Shown: positions 20,218 through 31,029 of the stretch, one piece after another
How positions within the stretch are numbered: position 1 is the first letter of the stretch
Layout of the letters: the number at the start of each line of letters is the position of its first letter
Made by a program: the position numbers and the translations under genes
The notes under the pieces: model-generated
Databases searched by the model: none
Seen by the model: only the letters and a program-made list of their open reading frames with translations
Told to the model about the DNA's origin: nothing
Origin: a virus
Lineage: Duplodnaviria; Heunggongvirae; Uroviricota; Caudoviricetes
Virus record (IMG/VR): IMGVR_UViG_3300028591_000077
DNA length: 64,000 nt
Reading direction: 5' to 3' (one strand)

Positions 20218-21915
20218 ATGGAAATTGTAGAAACGTTACCTTCTTGGAGCTACAGACAGTGGCAAGTAGCAGAAGAAAATATGCGTGAGTTTAACGCTGG
20301 CACAAGAAAAGAAAACGTCAAGGCATGCGGTTATGATAAATTAGAGGCTTATTATAAAATCTGCTGCGATAAAAACTTAGATATCGCTAGACAAAAAATA
20401 GAAGATGAGCTTGCAAGACGTGACCATAATAATGGGACAACAATCGGCCCTACTATTATTGCTAAATATAAAAAAGTAGCTAATCCAACTACTCAATCAA
20501 CTTCACAACCAACGCCACAATCAACGCAATCAACAAATACAACATCTACTAATACTTCTTCGACAGGTGACTATGACACTATTATTAGTATGCTTCGAGC
20601 AAATCCATCAAAATTTAATAGAGATGAAGCAGTTCAAGTAAATAATAATAGAAATAAACCAGAAGCAGTTTTAGAGTATGCAAAGTATAAACCAAGCACT
20701 CAACAAGCATTAGTTATTTTAATGTTATTAGCAGTTGCTATGCGTGCTAACAATGTTGCCAATGCCATCGTTGAAGAGCTTAAAACAAGATTTAGCTGGC
20801 CTATTTCTGAAATTCAAAGAGTTGCTGGAACCTTGATGAAAGATTCTAGTATTATGGCCGCTATTATGGCTTCTGTTAAAGGCTTAACAGAAGACCTTAA
20901 TGAAGAAGTTGATGAGGAAGGCTTAATGGAAACTGTTGAAAAACATGATACATTAAATCCTAAATTATTCGATGGTGCTCATTTAAAGGATGAAGTTCGC
21001 GAAAAAATATTAGAAATTGTAGATAAATTTACAGAAGACCTTGAAGAAGACGGTATTAGAATTATTATCAAAGATATTGTCTTAATCGGTTCTAACGTAA
21101 GTTATAACTATACAAAAGATAGTGACTTAGATATTCATATTATTGCTGATACCTCTTCATTAGATTGTCCACACAACTTATATCCATTGTTATATAGTGC
21201 TTATAGAAGTCTATTTAATAAGAAATTTGATATTAATTTCTATGGAATTCCAGTTGAATTATTTGTTGAAGCTGGCGATGTTCCAACTGTAAGCAATGGT
21301 ATTTATTCAGTAAAAAATAATGACTGGGTTAAAGTTCCAGATATTAACACAATTCCAGAATATAACAAGACTGCTCTTGAGACAAGCGTTGATAAATGGA
21401 AAGCAGAAGCTGGACAGATCATCTCTGATATTAAAACTGGCGTCTTAGAAGGCGAAGCCGCTCATGATGCTATTATTGGCTATGTAGAAAGAATTTATGA
21501 ACTTCGTAAAATCGGCTTATTGACAACCGGTGAATATGGCACTGAAAATCTTACATTTAAAGAAATCCGCAATGCTGGACTTCTTGATGAATTAAAAGAT
21601 TTAAAGAATGAGGTCACAGCCAAAAAGCTTTCATTAGAAGCTATGCAAGAAAGACTTGAAGAGCGTCAAAGATATGACTATGCACAAATTCTTTCAAGAG
21701 AAGCACATACACAAGTTATCTTACAATCAAATGGCTACTTCTTTATTCATAACGTTAAAGAACAAGACGTTGAGCCAATCTTGGCAAAACTAAGATACTT
21801 AGATTTCGTAGAATATGTAAGACGTGGTGCTGCTGGAAAATGGGATTTCTCTCATGTATATCCAGGAGCGCTTCCAACAAGATACTATACTATCGAAGGC
21901 AAAATAAAAGAATAA
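20218..21915 (+). CDS. Pol-beta-superfamily nucleotidyltransferase with N- and C-terminal extra domains
   Basis: DIVLIGSNVSYNYTKDSDLDIHII (hGS..DxD) and GIPVELFVE (third acidic residue). Confidence 0.75.
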   Translation: MEIVETLPSWSYRQWQVAEENMREFNAGTRKENVKACGYDKLEAYYKICCDKNLDIARQKIEDELARRDHNNGTTIGPTIIAKYKKVANPTTQSTSQPTPQSTQSTNTTSTNTSSTGDYDTIISMLRANPSKFNRDEAVQVNNNRNKPEAVLEYAKYKPSTQQALVILMLLAVAMRANNVANAIVEELKTRFSWPISEIQRVAGTLMKDSSIMAAIMASVKGLTEDLNEEVDEEGLMETVEKHDTLNPKLFDGAHLKDEVREKILEIVDKFTEDLEEDGIRIIIKDIVLIGSNVSYNYTKDSDLDIHIIADTSSLDCPHNLYPLLYSAYRSLFNKKFDINFYGIPVELFVEAGDVPTVSNGIYSVKNNDWVKVPDINTIPEYNKTALETSVDKWKAEAGQIISDIKTGVLEGEAAHDAIIGYVERIYELRKIGLLTTGEYGTENLTFKEIRNAGLLDELKDLKNEVTAKKLSLEAMQERLEERQRYDYAQILSREAHTQVILQSNGYFFIHNVKEQDVEPILAKLRYLDFVEYVRRGAAGKWDFSHVYPGALPTRYYTIEGKIKE

Positions 21916-21929
21916 AATAATACGAAAAT

Positions 21930-21960
21930 AAGCAGGATTAACTTCCTGCTTTTTATTTTT
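21930..21960 (+). terminator. intrinsic terminator
   Basis: AAGCAGGA-ttaact-TCCTGCTT plus T tract. Confidence 0.7.
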
Positions 21961-21972
21961 ATTAAAAATATT

Positions 21973-21987
21973 TGCTAAATTATACGA
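21973..21987 (+). promoter_or_regulatory. phage late promoter motif
   Basis: TGCTAAATTATACGA. Confidence 0.7.
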
Positions 21988-22002
21988 TAAGCGAGGTTGA
22001 GT

Positions 22003-22890
22003 ATGTCAGATCAAGTAAAAGAAAATATTAGAGTACTACGAGATTTTGATGCTTTTATGTATGAAGATACTCGTTCTGCGCTAATCAGTAAATCAAGAAG
22101 TGCTGGTGCCTATAAAGACCAGTCACGCGGCAAAAACAGATTCGAAAGAAAGAAATATTCTAAAGTAGCCAATCAAGTTAAAAGTTATAATACAATTGAC
22201 ATGAATGACTTCTTTAAAAAGGATATCCTTCAAGTTAGTATTCCAGTAACAGGCGAGACAAATAGTTATACAGTAACTATAAAAATTGAGGGTGTTGTTG
22301 CTGAAATTGCTAAGAATATTAAAAGCAATAATAACAAATTCGAATTCAGAACAGTCATTCAAGCATTAACAAAAGTATTCAATACCTCAGATGTTTATGT
22401 TAAATGCACCTGCCCAGACCATCTTTATAACTATGCACACTGAAATATCATAAACAACGTTTCTACCGACGATACAGCAAGTGATCCAGGTCCTGGAAGG
22501 GGCATTAAAAATCCACATGACGACAAAGGCCGTGGCTGCAAGCACATTCTGCTAGTTCTTGCGAATGGCGATTGGATGATGAAGGTTGCAAGTGTAATTA
22601 ACAATTATGTTCATTATGCTGAAGAGCACTTACAAAAACCATTCTTAAAAATCATCTTCCCTAAATTATATGGCGTTCCTGCTGATGAGGCAGTAGAAAA
22701 TGGCTTACTTGGTACTGATGAATTCTTAGATTCAAGCAAAGGCATGATTGATGCTATTAATGAATATGGAAGAAACCGTGGTAAATATAGACCAGGCACA
22801 AATAAGAACCCTGTTACAGGAACAGGTGGAAAAACCAAAAAAGAGGTCAGTTCTGAAGTAAATTCAGATGAAACTGACGAAAATAAATAA
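22003..22890 (+). CDS. SWIM zinc-finger protein (TGA 22441 = Trp)
   Basis: VKCTCPD...NPHDDKGRGCKHI; the two track ORFs are in the same frame and join across the TGA. Confidence 0.75.
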
Positions 22891-22903
22891 TATTATTATT
22901 TAT

Positions 22904-22914
22904 TGTATAATATA
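22904..22914 (+). promoter_or_regulatory. TGTATAATA-class promoter upstream of terminase
   Basis: TTGTATAATATAA followed by AAGGAG. Confidence 0.55.
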
Positions 22915-22938
22915 AAAGGAGTATTTTATAAATAGCCT

Positions 22939-24996
22939 ATGGATACAAATAAAATTAACATAGAAGCGTTTAATAAATTATCCCCAGAAGAAAAAGCATA
23001 CGCTCTTAAGGTATTACAAGAATTGTCCGAAACCGGACAATCAGATACCCTAGATGACTTAAAGTATTCTGACTTTGAGGAAATACCTGTAGACATCGAC
23101 ACATTCTTAGATGATGATGATTATTTCGGAAAAAGCATCTGAATGGCCGATGAATATTCTGGTGAGCGTAAATGCACACTCTTCCCATATTGACGCGAAA
23201 CATTACATAAATTATTCCCAGACAACCTAACGACTGCATACAATACGTTGATATTGACAGGCGCTATCGGTCTTGGTAAAACAGAAGTCGCTGTACTTGC
23301 AATGTCTTACCTCTTATACAGAATGCTCTGTCTAAAAGACCCATATGCTTATTATGGAATGATGCCTAACGATAAGATATCATTCTCGATGTTAAACATC
23401 ACATTAGATGCCGCCCAAGGTGTTGGCTGGGATAAAATGCAGCAACATATACAAGCATCCCCATGGTTCATGACACATGGTAATATGAATGCTAGTAGAA
23501 CAAATCCAACATGACAGCCTCCAAAAGGCATTGAGCTTATCTTCGGTTCTAATAACCGTCACGTCGTTGGTCGTGCGTTGTTCTCAAACCTTACCGATGA
23601 AGTTAACTTCGGAATCGGTTCCGACGTAGAGAAGAAAAAAGAAAAGCAAAAGAAAATGATTGCTCAAATCGATGCTCGTATGAAATCCCGTTTCATGAAG
23701 GGAACATACTTGCCAACATTGAACATCATTATCTCATCAAAAGATACAGAACAATCATTCTTAGACAGTTATATAAATACTAAAAAACAAAACGAATCAA
23801 AGACTACATTAATTGTCGATGAGCCACAATGGGTAGTCAGAAACGATAAAGGTTCTCCAAATGACCCAGGAAGTTTCTATGTAGCAGTAGGAAACAAGGT
23901 ATTGGCACATGAGCTATTACCAGTTGATTTTCCTGAATCAGAAGCTGATAAATATAGAGAAAAAGGCTATACTTTAATTAGAGTACCACCTGGATTCAGA
24001 GAGGACTTTGAAACCAACTTAGATCAATCCTTAATGGATATTGCCGGTATCTCATCATCCAGCATGACGAAGTATATATCTGGCGTAAGATTAAATCAAG
24101 CAAAAGTTGATACTTACAAAAACCCATTTACGAAGGATGTCATTGAGGTAGGCAATAATCCAGAAGATAAATTACAATATGCCAACTTCTTCGATTTGTC
24201 ACAAATAAGCCCAAATGATATGTCAAAACCGATGTTCATTCATCTTGACTTATCAACGACGGGTGACAAAACTGGTATTGCTGGTGTATGGATTACTGGA
24301 AAACGTCCTACACAAGGAGATGAAGATGCTTCAAAAGAACTGCAATTCAAACTTGCATTCTCAGTATCAATAAAAGCTCCAAAAGGCTATCAAATTAGCT
24401 TTGAAAAAACAAAAACATTCATCTACTGGCTACGAGACCGTGGATTTGCAATTAAAGGCGTTTCATCCGATACCTTTGATAAATCTATTGTCCAAGAGCT
24501 AGGCGGTCATGGATTCAAAACTCAATTCTTATCTGTTGATAGAGTTGACCTAAAAACAAGAGTCTGTCTTCCATATGCCTATCTAAAATCAACGATTTAC
24601 GAAAGACATATAGAGATTTATAGAAAATGTGACCAATTAACAGATGAATTGATTGGCCTTGAAAGAATGTCAAACGGTAAAATAGACCATACTGCCGATG
24701 GCATAAACTCAAAAGACCAGGCTGACGCGGTATGTGGCGCATTATATCTAGCAAGTCAGTATGCAGACCAATTTGCATATGATTATGGGGAAAGCTTAGA
24801 TGCTGCGTTAGAAGTAAATACAACTTATTCCGAAAATTATAAACGAAGACAAATGATTACTGACTTCGAACAAGAATTAACAAGAGCTTACGCTAATGCT
24901 GGAAAAGACGACGAAGACAATGGATTCGGAGTTGCAGCACATAACGTAACTCAACAAGATTACCAAGATATTATCGATGGTATAATTATAGTATAA
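22939..24996 (+). CDS. Terminase large subunit (TGA 23140, 23191, 23512 = Trp)
   Basis: GAIGLGKT (Walker A), LTDEVNF (Walker B), IISS, HLDLS...DKTG nuclease Asp, IDH...SKDQADAVCG. Confidence 0.92.
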
Positions 24997-25008
24997 AGGA
25001 GAGCACAC

Positions 25009-26955
25009 ATGGCTGAAACAAAAACTAAAACTACAAGAAAGCCAAAAGCTACTAAAACAGAATTAGTTGGCAATCAAGCAAAGCCAGTCGTTCTTGATTC
25101 CACTACAAAGTTAGATATTGATACTCAAAAAACATTAGTAGACAATATTATTGTTGGTGGTTTAACTGGAAGACTAGATACTGGCGAAATTGAAAAGTTT
25201 ACTTCTATTTCAAATGCCAGAGACCAAGTTTATCAATTAATCGATACAATGTGTAAAGATTCATCTGTTGCGTCTATTGTCAGAACTTATGCTGAAGACG
25301 TATGTGAAATGGGTGATAACGGACATATTATCTGATGTGAATCAAACAATCCTGACATAAGCAAGTTTATTAACTATTTACTTAATGTCATGAACGTTGA
25401 CAAAAACATCTTTGGCTGGACCTACTGCTTATTAAAATATGGCGATGTTTATCTAAGACTCTACAGAGAATCTGACTACGATGACAGATTATTCAAGCAA
25501 GATAATATTAATAAAGCTGATACAGGCAGAAGACTAAATGAAACAGTTAAATTAAATATGCATGCAGCCAATGACCCATACAGCTATTATGTTGAAATGG
25601 TTCCTGACCCAAGCACAATGTTTGAGTTAACTAAATATGGAAAAACCTATGGCTATATTGAAGTTCCAAATGCCGAAAATACTGCATTTGATTTCTCAGA
25701 GGCGTTCATGGGTGGACAACAAACAAATATCTTCAATTATAAATTAAAATCACAAGACGTTATCGTTTATCAAGCTGATGACTTCGTTCATGCTTGCCTT
25801 GAAGATAACTTCACAAGATTCCCAGAAACAGTTAAAATCTTTACGTCTGATGCCGATTATAATTCAGACAGCAATGGGTTAAATTATTCTGTCAGACGCG
25901 GTAAATCACTATTATATGATTCATATAAGATTTGGAGAGAAAAATCATTACTTGAAGGCGCAGCGATCCTAAATAGATTAACCCGTTCAAGTATCCTTAG
26001 AAAAGTCGCTGTTGAAGTTGGTGATATGCCTAAAGAGCAAGCTCAATTAACACTTAGACGTGTTAAGGACATGCTTGAACAAAAAACAGCTATCAATGAA
26101 AATGGAAGCATGTCTGAGTATAATAACCCAGCTGCTATGGAAAATAACATATACTATGTTACCCATAATGGACAAGGTGCCATCACAATTGATTCTGTCG
26201 GCGGCGATGTAAATGTTAAAGACCTCGCAGACTTAGACTGGTGGAACAATAAATTCTATTCATCTTATGGAATTCCAAAGCAATACTTTGGTTGGACAGA
26301 CGACGGCGCTGGCTTCAACGGTGGAACCGCATTAACAGTCTTATCCAGCGTTTATGCTAAAGGCGTTAAGAGAGTTCAAAACTCAATTATCCAAGCTGTT
26401 ACTGATATTATTAATTTAATATTAATTAATAAAGGATTAAAGAGCTACTTAAATAACTTCGTTTTAAAGATGAAAATCCCAGTAACGCAAGAAGAAGTAA
26501 GCTTCAGAGAAAGCTTTACCGCTAAGATCTCTGCATTAAGCAACCTTCAAAGCTTATTAACCGACGTCGAAGGAAAGACAAGAAGATTAGAAATCTTAAA
26601 GACCTTAGTTGGAACATTGAACTTTGGTGATGATATTCTAACTCAAATCGACAAAGAGATTCAAGCTACCGAAGAAGCTGAAAAAGCAGAAGCTGAGGCT
26701 GCCAAAGCCGAAGAAGAAGCTGCTGCTGCGGCATCAACTGAAACAGAGGCAACTCCAGAAGCAGCTGAAGAAGCTACAGCTGAAGAAGCTCCAGCTGAAG
26801 AAGGGGGCGAAGACTTAGAACTTACCCCAATGCCAATGGAAGGATTTAAACCAACAGAGGGAACAACTGCCTTAACTGAAGATGGCTTCTTAGATGATGA
26901 CGATGATCTTCCAACGGCAGAAGACCTTAAAAAAGATTTCACAGAAAATAAATAA
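25009..26955 (+). CDS. Portal protein, gp20-like (TGA 25333 = Trp)
   Basis: KYGDVY, GKSLL, RLTRS..RKVAVEVGDMP, DLDWWNNKFYSSYGIPK; located after terL. Confidence 0.9.
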
Positions 26956-26974
26956 TTTCGAAAGGAACTAAATA

Positions 26975-27448
26975 ATGATTACGAAAAATGATTGTCTATC
27001 AATTCTTGTTAAGATGGAGGACAATGGGCTAAACGTCAATTCTTATATTAAGAAATTAGTTGGCTCAAAGGAAATTCCGTTAGATGTTCTCCAATTCATT
27101 TCAAGAAACAGAGGAATTGAAGTCGGAAACTTCTACGAAATGCTTAGAAAAAAGCATAACCAAAGCAAATCACCATTATATACTAATATATTAAAAGAAG
27201 TTGATAATATCAATGATGTTATTACCACATTAACCTGTTTGATGACTCAAATTGTGTTATATGGCAAAAAGCTCGAAGATAATAGTCAATTCTATAAAGA
27301 GGTAAGAGCTGAAGAAATTACACGTGTATTGAATGATTATTTCAAAACCGAAATACCAGATAGCTGTGTAAAGTTAATCAAGCTCATTAAATCTGATATA
27401 TTAGTCTTAGAATATATTGCTGGAAGACGCGAATTAATCCGAGGTTAA
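26975..27448 (+). CDS. hypothetical protein
   Basis: ORF with AAGGA RBS. Confidence 0.7.
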   Translation: MITKNDCLSILVKMEDNGLNVNSYIKKLVGSKEIPLDVLQFISRNRGIEVGNFYEMLRKKHNQSKSPLYTNILKEVDNINDVITTLTCLMTQIVLYGKKLEDNSQFYKEVRAEEITRVLNDYFKTEIPDSCVKLIKLIKSDILVLEYIAGRRELIRG

Positions 27449-27460
27449 TCAAATAAACAC

Positions 27461-27490
27461 AAAAACGGAGTAAAACTCCGTTTTTTATTT
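27461..27490 (+). terminator. intrinsic terminator
   Basis: AAAAACGGAGT-aaa-ACTCCGTTTTT. Confidence 0.8.
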
Positions 27491-27508
27491 TTTTCCTTTT
27501 TTATTATT

Positions 27509-27523
27509 CGCTAAATTAATTGA
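27509..27523 (+). promoter_or_regulatory. phage late promoter motif (first of a tandem pair)
   Basis: CGCTAAATTAATTGA. Confidence 0.7.
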
Positions 27524-27606
27524 TAGACGGACCAAATCAATTAAATTGTTGATTTAAAGTGAAAATTAATAAATTATTAAATTATTAATTTATTAAAAAA
27601 TTTATT

Positions 27607-27621
27607 CGCTAAATTAAGTAG
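27607..27621 (+). promoter_or_regulatory. phage late promoter motif (second of a tandem pair)
   Basis: CGCTAAATTAAGTAG. Confidence 0.65.
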
Positions 27622-27678
27622 ACAAATTGATTTGTCTATACCACTTATTATTTGAAAGAAAGTATACAAGGGGAAAAT

Positions 27679-29547
27679 ATGGACAAAAATAAACAAATAC
27701 TCGAAACACTTAGAATGCAACCTCTTTCTGAAGAAGAAAAGGCCGCAAGACATATTCTCGGTAGACTTTATGGTCCTATCGCCACTTGTAAAGAGAATAC
27801 AAGAAACGGTAGACGCTATAACAGAGAACTTTGGGAAAGAGCTCTTACCGATGAAATCTTCCAAGAAAAGATTGCTAACAAAAGTTTGTTCCTAGAATTA
27901 GGACATCCTGCAGACAGAGAAGAGACAGACATGAAATTGGTCTGTGCTTGTATTCCAGAAATGCCTAAAATTGTCGACGGCGACTTATATGCCTATGTTG
28001 ACATCTTAGATACAGATAACGGCAGATTGTTAAAGACACTTTGCGACTATGGATTCGTTCCTGGTATCTCATCCAGAGGTTCTGGTGATATCATGGATAA
28101 TGATGAAGTCGATCCTGAGACATTCTTCTTAGAAACTTGGGATATCGTTCAACTACCAGCCGTTAAAAAAGCAAGATTGCAAGTTTGCGAATCATTAAAT
28201 GCTGAAGAACTTCAATTAAGAAAAGCTCTTGTTGAATCATTCAATAAGGCAGATAGTGATGGCAAACAAAGCATCAAGACAGCATTAGAGAATCTTCAAT
28301 TAAATATTCTTGATGAAGATGTACTCAAAGAAACCAAGATTCTTCCAGGTGGAACACCAGATGACATGGAATTAATTCCAGATTCATTAATCGATGAAGA
28401 AGTCACTGCACCACTTAATGAAGAAGAAGGTGATGCTGAACCAGAAGAAACCGAAGCTACAGAAGTCAAAGCTGACGTCGTTGAAACCGAAGCTGAAACT
28501 CCTACTGAGGAGGAATCTACTGAGGAAGTTGCTGAAAAAGACCCAGAAGCAACTGAACAAACCGTTGGAGCATTCGTTGATACTCTTAAAGGTTATGATG
28601 AAAACCTTGCTTTAGAGCTTGGTAACGTTACCATCGAAGATAAGGAATACATTCCTGAAATGATCTTCGATGATAGCGAAGAGGGCAAATTAATTATTGA
28701 TATCAACTGCACCCCTGTAGAAGAGGTCAGTGATAATAAAGAAGCTGATGCTGAAGAAACAGCAGAAGATAAGACCGAAGAGACATCTGAGGAAGCCGTT
28801 GATAACGGAGATGATGAAGTTATCGAAAGTCTAAAAGAAGCTATTCGTCAGAAAACTGCACTTGAAAAAGAAGTCAAAGAGCTTAGAAATCAAAAAACAG
28901 TTAGCGATGCCGAGGTTAAAGGATTACAAGAAAGCTTAACCAAATATAAGACTGCTTTTGCGAGAACCAGTGAATTAGCTGCAAAGTCACTCAGATTCGA
29001 AAAGGAAGTTGCTTCCTTAAAAGAACAAATTGAGAAAGACGAAGAAACAATACAAACCTTGAAAGAGACCGCATCTAAAGCCACTAAGTTGACCGAAAGT
29101 ATGCAAAATGATTCCGCTAAGGTGAAGACATTAACCGAAAACCTCGCCAAGATGCAGGCTGAAGCAGAGGCTAATGAAAAAGCCCTTAACGAGCAAATCA
29201 CTCAATACAAGCAAAAGCTTGCAGAGAGAACAGCTCTTGCTAAACAGTATAAAGCTAAGGCTGATGCTGTATTAGAGAGATATATCGCATCTAAGGCATC
29301 CATGCTCGGTGTCAGACCAACTGACATTACAAGCCGTCTTAATGAAGGCTATAGTATGGACGACATCGACAAAGTATGCGATGACTTACTAGAAATCAAT
29401 GTCAACATGACCAAGTTACCATTCGGCGTTGACAGATCCAGAACCAGAGTTGTTGAGTCCAAGGCTACGCCAAAAGACCCAGATGATGGCTATGAATTAG
29501 ATGACTCACTGTTCGAGTTAGCCGGACTTGATCGAAGAGATTACTAA
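27679..29547 (+). CDS. Prohead protease (gp21-like) fused to an acidic/coiled-coil scaffold
   Basis: NGRRY, ELGHP, GISSRGSG, WDIVQLPA, followed by about 440 aa of acidic and coiled-coil sequence. Confidence 0.88.
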   Translation: MDKNKQILETLRMQPLSEEEKAARHILGRLYGPIATCKENTRNGRRYNRELWERALTDEIFQEKIANKSLFLELGHPADREETDMKLVCACIPEMPKIVDGDLYAYVDILDTDNGRLLKTLCDYGFVPGISSRGSGDIMDNDEVDPETFFLETWDIVQLPAVKKARLQVCESLNAEELQLRKALVESFNKADSDGKQSIKTALENLQLNILDEDVLKETKILPGGTPDDMELIPDSLIDEEVTAPLNEEEGDAEPEETEATEVKADVVETEAETPTEEESTEEVAEKDPEATEQTVGAFVDTLKGYDENLALELGNVTIEDKEYIPEMIFDDSEEGKLIIDINCTPVEEVSDNKEADAEETAEDKTEETSEEAVDNGDDEVIESLKEAIRQKTALEKEVKELRNQKTVSDAEVKGLQESLTKYKTAFARTSELAAKSLRFEKEVASLKEQIEKDEETIQTLKETASKATKLTESMQNDSAKVKTLTENLAKMQAEAEANEKALNEQITQYKQKLAERTALAKQYKAKADAVLERYIASKASMLGVRPTDITSRLNEGYSMDDIDKVCDDLLEINVNMTKLPFGVDRSRTRVVESKATPKDPDDGYELDDSLFELAGLDRRDY

Positions 29548-29584
29548 TATCTTAAAAATTAGAATTTAATTAAGGAGAAAATCA

Positions 29585-30910
29585 ATGAGACAAAATTTAC
29601 TTGAAACTTATTCAAGACAATTAAAAGTCGCAGAAGCTTATGTCGCAAAGAACTTTGACGGCAGAACAGTTTCTAGCAACGCCAAACTTACTACTGCTGT
29701 CTTATTAGACAACACAAACAGATGGATGACAGAAGCTCTTAACACTGTCGCAACTGAGAGATCAGACCTCGGTGCTTGGAAGAAATTCTGCTTAAACCTC
29801 ACAAACATCGCTGTTCCTAGCTTAATCGCTAACGATTTAGTCATCGTTCACCCAATGACTTCTTACAGCGGCTCAGTTGCATACTTAAAGTATGTTTCTA
29901 AGACTGATAAGGGTGGAATCGAAAAAGGCCACGAATTCAACAGTGTCTTCGGACTTGGTGAATCTTCAGAAGCCAGAACTAACTTCACTTCACAAGTTAT
30001 CGTTGAAGAAGTTGGTTCAAGCGGAAAATTAGCTTTAACTCCTATCGCAAACGGCAGATTCGTTAAAGAAGACGAAGATGTTGCTGCTGGTAAGGGCTAT
30101 GATGCTAAAGTCATCCACGCTGATGGCAAAGTCGAATTCTTCAAAGTCGCTGACTTAGTTTACGGCGCAGGTGACAAAGTTGCTTACGTTTCAGAAGAAT
30201 TCCAAATGGAAAGAGTTCCTGCAAAGGATATCCCAACCATTGGTCCAAAAATGGAACACATCGCCTTAGTTGCAGAACCAAGACGTATCGCTGTCCGTTA
30301 CGACCAAATCACAGCCTTCCAAGCAAAGACTGACTACGGCTTCTCACTCGATAAACAAATCGCTGAACAAGCTTGTGGTGAATTAGCTTACGAAATCGAT
30401 ACTGAAATCGTTCGTATGTTAGCTGATGGCGCTGGTGAAGCTCTTCCAGAATTAACCTGGTCAAAGACCCTTCCACACGGCGTTAGCAAATTTGAGCACT
30501 ACAATGGCTTCTTAGAAGTTATTGAAAAAGCTCGTGCAATCATCTACAAGAGAACCAAGAAATTCCATCCTAACTACATGGTAATCAACGCTGATGTCTT
30601 ACCAGTCATCAAGTTCGTCAATGGTTACACTGGAGTTAAGAATCCTAAGATGAATGGTCCTTACAAAGTTGGTGAAATCGACTCATTATCAGTCTATGTT
30701 TCCCCAGAATTAGGTGAAGGCGAATTCTTCTTCGGCTTAAACGGTTCCGATATGATGAGCTCTGCTGGTGTCTACGCACCTTACATGGCTATCGTTCCAA
30801 CCCAATTACTTGGTACACCAGACGGTGGTTTAGCACAAGGCTTCAGCACTTGGTACGCAAAAGCATTACTCAACAAGAACCTTCTTGTTGCTGGTAAGAT
30901 TGTTGACTAA
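29585..30910 (+). CDS. Major capsid protein (gp23-like)
   Basis: PSLIANDLVIVHPMT, LAYEIDTEIV, AGVYAPY, STWYA; strong codon bias; follows the protease. Confidence 0.93.
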   Translation: MRQNLLETYSRQLKVAEAYVAKNFDGRTVSSNAKLTTAVLLDNTNRWMTEALNTVATERSDLGAWKKFCLNLTNIAVPSLIANDLVIVHPMTSYSGSVAYLKYVSKTDKGGIEKGHEFNSVFGLGESSEARTNFTSQVIVEEVGSSGKLALTPIANGRFVKEDEDVAAGKGYDAKVIHADGKVEFFKVADLVYGAGDKVAYVSEEFQMERVPAKDIPTIGPKMEHIALVAEPRRIAVRYDQITAFQAKTDYGFSLDKQIAEQACGELAYEIDTEIVRMLADGAGEALPELTWSKTLPHGVSKFEHYNGFLEVIEKARAIIYKRTKKFHPNYMVINADVLPVIKFVNGYTGVKNPKMNGPYKVGEIDSLSVYVSPELGEGEFFFGLNGSDMMSSAGVYAPYMAIVPTQLLGTPDGGLAQGFSTWYAKALLNKNLLVAGKIVD

Positions 30911-30941
30911 TTGCTAGTCTAGCTAATCAGTAAGAATAAAT

Positions 30942-30967
30942 AAGAACCTCTTCGGAGGTTCTTTTTT
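30942..30967 (+). terminator. intrinsic terminator with cUUCGg tetraloop
   Basis: AAGAACCTC-TTCG-GAGGTTCTTTTTT. Confidence 0.9.
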
Positions 30968-30998
30968 ATAGCCTTAAATAATAAATTTAATAAATATT

Positions 30999-31013
30999 TG
31001 CTAAATTATACAG
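30999..31013 (+). promoter_or_regulatory. phage late promoter motif driving the glycosylation cassette
   Basis: TGCTAAATTATACAG. Confidence 0.65.
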
Positions 31014-31029
31014 ATGAAGGGATAAACTT

